Below, piece by piece: positions 56,268 to 64,000 of a DNA stretch of 64,000 nt. The notes beneath the pieces are model-generated. The model searched no databases and was not told the DNA's origin. It saw only the letters and a list, made by a program, of their open reading frames with translations. Location: assembly GCA_002269645.1 (NCBI GenBank), contig NIVC01002192.1, positions 1 through 64,000 on the forward strand, read 5' to 3'. Made by a program: the position numbers and the translations under genes. The stretch's first letter is position 1. Each line of letters opens with the position of its first letter. The DNA is from Macrostomum lignano. Its lineage: Eukaryota.

Positions 56268-56982
56268 CAATTTTTTTATCCAATGTGCCCCCTGCTCATG
56301 TCTTCAATATAAAAGATCTGCGCAATATGAACCAGGAACCAGTTTGAATTTCCTTGATTGATCTGCTGTTGTCTTCTGCAGGCACGGGTGCCCGATTCTC
56401 GTCCGAGAATTCGGCTCAGTTCGTTCCCGTAAGTTCATGCTGCTTGAGCACAGCATTTGGTTCCGCTGTCCCCGCTGTCCGCTGTCCTAGGGATCCGGGG
56501 ATCAACCAGAAACTGCAGAGACATATGGGCGATTTTCTTTGGGTGCCAGAAACTGGGTGTGGCCTGGATGACTTGCCGGTCGAGTCGATCAGAAACTTCG
56601 GGACATCTCATCCAGGTCTCTTTGCTGCTCCTGAGGATAAAGGGAGAAATTTTAATTTCACGAGAACTCACGAGAGCTCCGGAATGCCTGTACCGGTTAA
56701 TCTGGCTGCTGTCGCACTGGAGGCGGACAAGCCGACAAGTCACCGATTTCATTCGGTTCGGTCAGCGTCCCGCATCTTGAGCTCCATCTCGGTTGCTTAA
56801 GCTCTCAGCTGCTTTATTGTTTCTAATTTGTTGGTTTGCCTCCAGCTTCAGCTTTAAATTCCATTAAATCTACAGTATTAAGCTCCACAGCAGTGCCAGC
56901 TTCTCATATCAGCAGCACCTTCACAAAGCAGTGCCTCCGCTCCCTCCGCTCCGGTCTCTGCTGCCCCGCCACATCTCTGCAG

Positions 56983-57045
56983 TGGTCAAAGCGGTTAACA
57001 CGCGCCTGACTCTCGTGGCGAAGTACCCGGGTTCGATTCCGTGTT
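56983..57045 (+). mobile_element. tRNA-derived SINE-like head (Pol III A and B boxes)
   Basis: A-box-like tggtcaaagcgg (56983-56994) and B-box ggttcgattcc (57030-57040) at tRNA-like spacing. No clean acceptor stem. The homologous site in copy A (about 44000-44045) is decayed. Confidence 0.5.
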
Positions 57046-57255
57046 TAGCCGCACTAATTCGGTAGTCTGGAGATTTGTGAGTTTGTGCCTGCGTGCGAGC
57101 CACCCTGATACATTCCGAAATTTTGCAGATTACATTGTCAATCTCATGGCAATCAAGGGACATTCGATGCAAAGCCCCTCAAATCTCAAATCTCAAACAC
57201 AAACACGGACGAATTGCAGGTCGTGTTCAACTCGACTGACGCTCAATTCTTTCCG

Positions 57256-60200
57256 ATGGCCGCTGCGGATCAACTGCGAGCTGCGCTGGAGGCCAACGAC
57301 TGCGAGCAGCTGCTGAAGCTGTGCCGGCAGCTGGACTCCAACCTGAAAGTGTCGTCTGGCAAATTTAAAAACCCGCCTCACACGAGAGAAATGTCGGTGA
57401 CTCACCACGTCGCTAGCAAGCCGTACGGACTCGACTGTCTGGAGGTGCTGATCGACCGGTTCGGAGCTGCATGTTTGACATGCAGAGACGAGTTCAACTA
57501 CACACCTGTGCACTGGGCCGCCATGGAGCAGAGCCAGGAGACCCTGCAGCTCATCCACGTAAACCTGAGCAGCGACTGTTTTTATGAAAAAGGAAGATTT
57601 GGTCGCTCAGTGTTTCACTGTGCTGCCGTGAATGAGCATAGCAACAAAGCTCTTGAGTGGCTGATCGGTGAGCTCGGCTCAGACTCTCTCATGGAGAAGG
57701 ATGACAATGGCTCGACAGTCGTTCATCTGGCCGCCGAGTTTCAGAGCTCAGATTCGATGGACTTCATTAAATCGAAGCTCGGTTCCGACTGCTTCCGTCA
57801 ACGCGGGTGGCTTGGTCGCACCGCAGTTCACTGTGCTGCTTTTAACACTGTCTCAAACTCGTCGCTCAAGTGGCTGATCAATGAGCTCGGCTCAGACTCT
57901 CTCATGGAGAAGGATGACAATGGATCGACAGTCGTTCATCTGGCCGCCCAGTTTCAGAGCTCAGATTCGATGGAATTCATTAAATCGAAGCTCGGTTCCG
58001 ACTGCTTCCGTCAGTGCGGGTGGCAAGGTCGCACCGCAGTTCACTGGGCTGCTTGTAACAAGGTCTCAGACTCGTCGCTCAAGTGGCTGATCAATGAGCT
58101 CGGCTCAGACTCTCTCATGGAGAAGGATGACAATGGATCGACAGTCGTTCATCTGGCCGCCGTGTTTCAGAGCTCAGATTCGATGGAATTCATTAAATCG
58201 AAGCTCGGTTCCGACTGCTTCCGTCAGCGCGGGTGGCTTGGTCGCACCGCAGTTCACTGTGCTGCTTTTAACACTGTCTCAAACTCGTCGCTCAAGTGGC
58301 TGATCGATGAGCTCGGCTCAGACTCTCTCATGGAGAAGGATGACAATGGCTCGACAGTCGTTCATCTGGCCGCCCAGTTTCAGAGCTCAGATTCGATGGA
58401 CTTCATTAAATCGAAGCTCGGTTCCGACTGCTTCCGTCAGAAGGGGTGGCAAGGTCGCACCGCAGTTCACTGGGCTGCTTGTAACAAGGTCTCAAACTCG
58501 TCGCTCAAGTGGCTGATCGATGAGCTCGGCTCAGACTCTCTCATGGAGAAGGATGACAATGGCTCGACAGTCGTTCATCTGGCCGCCCAGTTTCAGAGCT
58601 CAGATTCGATGGACTTCATTAAATCGAAGCTCGGTTCCGACTGCTTCCGTCAGAAGGGGTGGCTTGGTCGCACCGCAGTTCACTGGGCTGCTTGTAACAA
58701 GGTCTCAAACTCGTCGCTCAAGTGGCTGATCAATGAGCTCGGTTTGGAGGCTCTCATGAAGAAGGATGACATCAGATTGACGGTCTGTCACTTGGTGGCA
58801 GTTTACCAGGGTGAATACTCAATGGACTTGATGAAGGGCCTGCTCGGAATCGAAATTTTCCATTTGCGCGATCGCTTTGACCAAACTGCAGCTCATTTTG
58901 CTGCACAAAATACAGGCAGCAATGCGACACTGGCCTGGTGTGTCAGAGAACTGAGCTCTCAGTGCCTGACTCAAGTAGACAGAGATGGTGACACTCCAGT
59001 TCACTGTGCCGCTCAGCATCAAGATGAGAAGTCGATGCAGCTGGTGGTGAGCTCACTCGGACCGGACTGTCTCAAGCTGCCAGGTGACAAGCAGCGAACA
59101 GCAGTTCACTTCGCGGCCATCAACACCAACAGCGTCTCTGCGCTAAGGTGGATTGTCGGTCAGCTGGGAGCCGACTGTCTGAAGCTGAGGGACGACGAGG
59201 GCGTCACGAGTGCGCACCTGGCAGCTCAGCACCAAGGCGAGGACTCGCTGCGGCTCATCAGGGACTCGCTGGGCGTCGCCGCCTTCGACTTGCAGGATCG
59301 GCAGGGACAGTCGGTGGCGGACTACGCGAAGAAGAACAGCCGGTCGGAGCGTATGCTGGGCTGCATCGCCGAGCTGCGGGAGGAGGAGAGGCTACGAGAG
59401 GCGATGGAGGACAGCCTTCTGCAGCGGAGTTCTCCCGAGGGACAACAGGATGAGTGAGCTGCCTGCTGCATAAAGGCACAATTGGTGTTGCGTTTAGGGC
59501 TCTAGCTGGTATAGCGGCGGACTCGTTGATAATGTGCTCGTCCATAGTCCATAGTGCAGAGCAGACTGAAAGCCTTAGGCCATTGATTAACTGGCTTGCC
59601 AATTAACTGAGGCAAGCGTAATTGAAGTTGTACAGCAATAACAGTTTCCGTTGAGCATCCCTAGGTACGAACAGCAACAAAAGCAAAAACGAAAATATCA
59701 ACATCAACAATAATAGAAAAATTAACAACAAAACGAGCGACTACGACAATAATTATAACAATAACGAAAAAAGCACAACAGAAAAAGCAGAAACAACAAC
59801 ACTGACAAAACGCAGTGCATTTACCAAAGTTTTAAATTTAAACTTGCTTCATACAAAATTAAATCACTGATAGGGCAAGTTAAGTTCTAGCTTTATCAAG
59901 GTATGATGAATTTTATATTGGTTAAATTCCTAATTCTATTCGATTCGATTCGACCACTGGAGGGGGAGTAAAACGTTTCGTTGGTTTTGCTTAAATCACT
60001 AGGATCTAATCAATTTTCAGGACGAAGCAAACAGGTTGACATTGACGGTGGTTTTCACAGTTTTGTTCAAATTTGGCAATGAGAGCATCAGCATCAATAT
60101 TCATTTCTGAGTCAGCCTTATGTTAGATTTTACTCAATACACTTGTGAATGATAATTCGTTTTCGACCTATGCGTACATCGATTTCATTTACCAGTATAA

Positions 60201-61353
60201 ATATTATTATCTACAAATTTTAATCTTTAAATAAATTTGTGAAACCCAACAAGACTTACTTTATTAACAATTGACCATTTTGCAAATCAAAAAGCTTGTA
60301 GTGCGATCCCAACGCTTGAGGACCGCCAGTCTATCATGATGCAGCGGCGATAGAAACCAGAAAGTCCCAAAACTGCATCGCAATCAAAGCAGTCTCGCTT
60401 TTCTGCTTCCAGAGCTCCGGCTTCCTTGGACCCGAGCTTCAGCAGCTGGACCTTCTTGCCCGACGCCGCAGGCTACAGGCAGCTTATCGGAGAGGGCGGG
60501 TTCGGCAAGGTGTACAAGGCCTTCACCGATAGGCAGCAGACGGTTGCTGTCAAAATCGTCGAGCCCATTCGCTGCAGCGATCCATCGAAGCTGGAAACGG
60601 CAGTGGAGCAGGAGAGGCGGGGCTTCGAGATCCTCGTGCGCATCCGGCACCGGAACATCGTGCAGTTTCTCAAGACCGAGCGCTCAGCGGAGCACGGGTT
60701 CTGCATCTTCACGGAGCTCATCGCAGGGTGCAGCCTCCTCGATCTGATGAACCGGCTGAACAAGCCGTTCGATGAGCCAGCAGTGAGGCGTTTCTCGCAT
60801 CAAGTGAGCTGTCACTCCTGCCTCTGCCACAGTGTGAATACTGAGCGAACAGCTGAATCTTCGACCCCGAACCCCTTTGCAGATCTGCAGGGCGCTCAAC
60901 TTCCTGCACTGTGAGCACATCGTCCACCGGGACATCAAGTGCTCCAATATCATGCTCACCCACGAGGGCGTCATCAAGCTGATCGACTTCGGACTCGCAA
61001 AGGAAATCGTCTCAGCAGCGCAGGGAGCCGCGACCTACACCCTCGGAACTGTTCACTTCATGGCCGCAGAGCTGCTTCTTGATGACGAGAATGACCGGCT
61101 GGTGTACACTCCGAAGACAGACGTGTGGGCGTTCGGCTGCACCGTGTTCGAGATGCTGGAGAGTAGGCCACCGAACAGTGACGTCAATCCAATGCGGATT
61201 CCTCACAGAGTGACTTCAAGAGACATGCCGCAGCTGCCAGACAGGACCTCCGACACTCTGAGAGATTTCTACCGGCTCTGTGTGATGAAGGAGCCTGGAG
61301 AGCGGGCGGATACTGCGGAGCTGCTGCGACACAGCTTCCTGCAGAGCTGGTAA
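57256..61353 (+). CDS. Ankyrin-repeat + STE/MAP3K-like Ser/Thr protein kinase, paralogue B (intact, 3 exons, about 1019 aa)
   Basis: Exons 57256-59453 (donor GA|GTGAGC, phase 2), 60413-60803 (acceptor ttccag|A, phase 2 in, phase 0 out) and 60883-61353. The kinase motifs GEGGFG, VAVK, HRDIKCSN, DFG, GTVHFMAAE and DVWAFG are intact. Exon 1 contains five 213-nt double-ankyrin units. Confidence 0.9.
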
Positions 61354-61479
61354 GCGTGCGGACTCCAGCTTTGCACTGCGCAGTTTGAATCACAGAATAT
61401 TTGTGAATTTTCACTATTCCACTGTTGCACTGTTCTATTGTTCTGCTGTTTTTTTAGTTTTATTGATCTGCTTTTTTAC

Positions 61480-62200
61480 TGTTTTGCTGTTCTACTGTTC
61501 ACCTGTTTCACTGTACTACTGTTCCACTGTTTTGCTTTTCCACTGATTTGCTGTTCCACTGTTTTGCTGTTCCACTGTTTTGCTGTTCCACTGTTTTGCT
61601 TTTCCACTGATTTGCTGTTCCACTGTTTTGCTGTTCCACTGTTTTGCTTTTCCACTGTTTTGCTGTTCCACTGTTTTGCTGTTCCACTGTTTTGCTTTTC
61701 CACTGATTTGCTGTTCCACTGTTTTGTTGTTCCACTGTTTTGCTTTTCCACTGATTTGCTGTTCCACTGTTTTGTTGTTCCACTGTTTTGCTGTTCCACT
61801 GTTTTGCTGTTCCACTGTTTTGCTGTTCCACTGTTTTGCTGTTCCACTGTTTTGCTGTTCCACTGTTTTGCTGTTCCACTGTTTTGCTGTTCCACTGTTT
61901 TGCTGTTCCACTGTTTTGCTGTTCCACTGTTTTGCTGTTCCACTGTTTTGGTTTTCCACTGATTTGCTGTTCCACTGTTTTGTTGTTCCACTGATTTGCT
62001 GTTTCACTGTTTTGTTGTTCCACTGATTTGCTGTTCCACTGTTTTGCTGTTCCACTGTTTTGCTGTTCCACTGTTTTGCTGTTCCACTGTTTTGCTGTTC
62101 CACTGTTTTGCTGTTCCACTGTTTTGCTGTTCCACTGATTTGCTGTTCCACTGTTTTACTGTTCTACTGTTCAACTGCTCTACTGTTCTACTGTTCACCT
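61480..62200. repeat. 16-bp minisatellite in the 3' flank of paralogue B
   Basis: Unit ctgttccactgttttg; absent as an array from the homologous position in copy A. Confidence 0.95.
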
Positions 62201-62556
62201 GTTTTACCGATTTACTGTACTACTGTTCACTGTTTTGCTATTCTGTTTTAGTTTTCTGTTTCACTGTTTTAGATTTGTTTAACTGTCCCAGCCTATTCAC
62301 GGACTGACTGTCAGATTTTTATTCCTGCTCACCTTGCTGCTCCACTATGCTGGGACAAGAGTTCATCCCACTGGATCTGTGCGCGCATCCGTGAGCTGTA
62401 ACTCCTGCCCTGCGCCAAAGTTAAAATATCGTTTATGAAAATTTGTCTACAGTATTTATTGATTTAATTGCATCATCCTTCTTTTCTTTGTAAACCTTTA
62501 TTTATTAGCTAATCTGACTAAAACACCTTTTAACGACAGCGCATCGCTCTGTCCTA

Positions 62557-64000
62557 CTGTTGTATTGTTGAGCTATATGCTGATGTATTGTTCAACTGTA
62601 TGCTGTTGTATTGTTCAACTGTATGCTGATGTATTGTTCAACTGTATGCTGTTGTATTGTTCAAATGTATGCTGATGTATTGTTCAAATGTATGCTGTTG
62701 TATTGTTCAAATGTATGCTGATGTATTGTTCAACTGTATGCTGATGTATTGTTCAACTGTATGCTGTTGTATTGTTCAACTGTATGCTGTTGTATTGTTG
62801 AGCTATATGCTGATGTATTGTTCAAATGTATGCTGTTGTATTGTTCAACTGTATGCTGTTGTATTGTTCAACTGTATGCTGTTGTATTGTTCAACTGTAT
62901 GCTGTTGTATTGTTGAGCTATATGCTGATGTATTGTTCAAATGTATGCTGTTGTATTGTTCAACTGTATGCTGTTGTATTGTTCAACTGTATGCTGATGT
63001 ATTGTTCAACTGTATGCTGTTGTATTGTTCAACTGTATGCTGTTGTATTGTTGAGCTATATGCTGATGTATTGTTCAAATGTATGCTGTTGTATTGTTCA
63101 ACTGTATGCTGTTGTACTGTTCAACTGTATGCTGTTGCATTGTTGAGCTATATGCTGATGTATTGTTCAAATGTATGCTGTTGTATTGTTCAACTGTATG
63201 CTGTTGTATTGTTGAGCTATATGCTGATGTATTGTTCAACTGTATGCTGTTGTATTGTTCAACTGTATGCTGTTGTACTGTTCAACTGTATGCTGATGTA
63301 TTGTTCAAATGTATGCTGATGTATTGTTCAACTGTATGCTGTTGTATTGTTCAACTGTATGCTGTTGTATTGTTCAACTGTATGCTGATGTATTGTTCAA
63401 CTGTATGCTGTTGTATTGTTCAACTGTATGCTGTTGTATTGTTCAACTGTATGCTGTTGTATTGTTGAGCTATATGCTGATGTATTGTTCAAATGTATGC
63501 TGTTGTATTGTTCAACTGTATGCTGTTGTATTGTTCAACTGTATGCTGTTGTATTGTTCAACTGTATGCTGATGTATTGTTCAAATGTATGCTGATGTAT
63601 TGTTCAACTGTATGCTGTTGTATTGTTCAACTGTATGCTGTTGTATTGTTGAGCTATATGCTGATGTATTGTTCAAATGTATGCTGTTGTATTGTTCAAC
63701 TGTATGCTGATGTATTGTTCAAATGTATGCTGTTGTATTGTTCAACTGTATGCTGTTGTATTGTTCAACTGTATGCTGATGTATTGTTCAAATGTATGCT
63801 GATGTATTGTTCAACTGTATGCTGTTGTATTGTTCAACTGTATGCTGTTGTATTGTTGAGCTATATGCTGTTGTATTGTTCAACTGTATGCTGTTGTATT
63901 GTTCAACTGTATGCTGTTGTATTGTTGAGCTATATGCTGATGTATTGTTCAAATGTATGCTGTTGTATTGTTCAACTGTATGCTGTTGTATTGTTCAACT
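62557..64000. repeat. 23-bp minisatellite running off the window end
   Basis: Unit ctgttgtattgttcaactgtatg. Confidence 0.95.

Noticed and set aside
57668-58729. Five 69-aa MSSAQTLSWRR ORFs
   Set aside because: Off-frame shadows of the 213-nt ankyrin units; useful only as a period marker.
61438-63572. Cys/Phe-rich and EQQNSGTAKQW repeat ORFs
   Set aside because: Read-throughs of the 16-bp and 23-bp minisatellites.

Overview
Eukaryotic genomic DNA, not prokaryotic. It has GC-rich exons, GT-AG introns and a different minisatellite in most introns and 3' flanks. This style, plus acceptor-like sites just upstream of several start codons, suggests a free-living flatworm such as Macrostomum; that assignment is an inference and was not database-checked. 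Most long ORFs in the supplied track are read-throughs of tandem repeats. Phase-consistent gene models built by hand: (1) a secreted Tyr/Ser-rich repeat protein (-); (2) a HAD-family phosphatase (-); (3) an SLC2A/GLUT-type sugar transporter (-, 2 exons); (4) a 9-exon double-BTB protein with a C-terminal UBA-like domain (+); (5) the secretory-pathway Ca2+/Mn2+ ATPase ATP2C1/SPCA (+, 6 exons); (6) Rab geranylgeranyltransferase beta, RABGGTB (+), which has a 1-nt frameshift and no genomic ATG next to its first recognisable exon; (7) a secreted PAN/apple-like plus ALK/LTK-type glycine-rich protein (+, 4 exons); (8) two tandem paralogues of an ankyrin-repeat + STE/MAP3K-like kinase gene. One paralogue is intact. 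The other keeps an open ankyrin exon but has a broken kinase, and a third decayed ankyrin fragment lies between them. The window also holds a 5'-truncated Penelope-like retroelement with inverted pseudo-LTRs, each carrying a minimal hammerhead motif, and a 60-bp MITE-like element. Most notable: the ankyrin-kinase locus, whose repeat units vary mainly at predicted binding-surface positions; the Tyr/Ser structural-protein candidate; and possible use of a spliced-leader AUG as the RABGGTB start codon.
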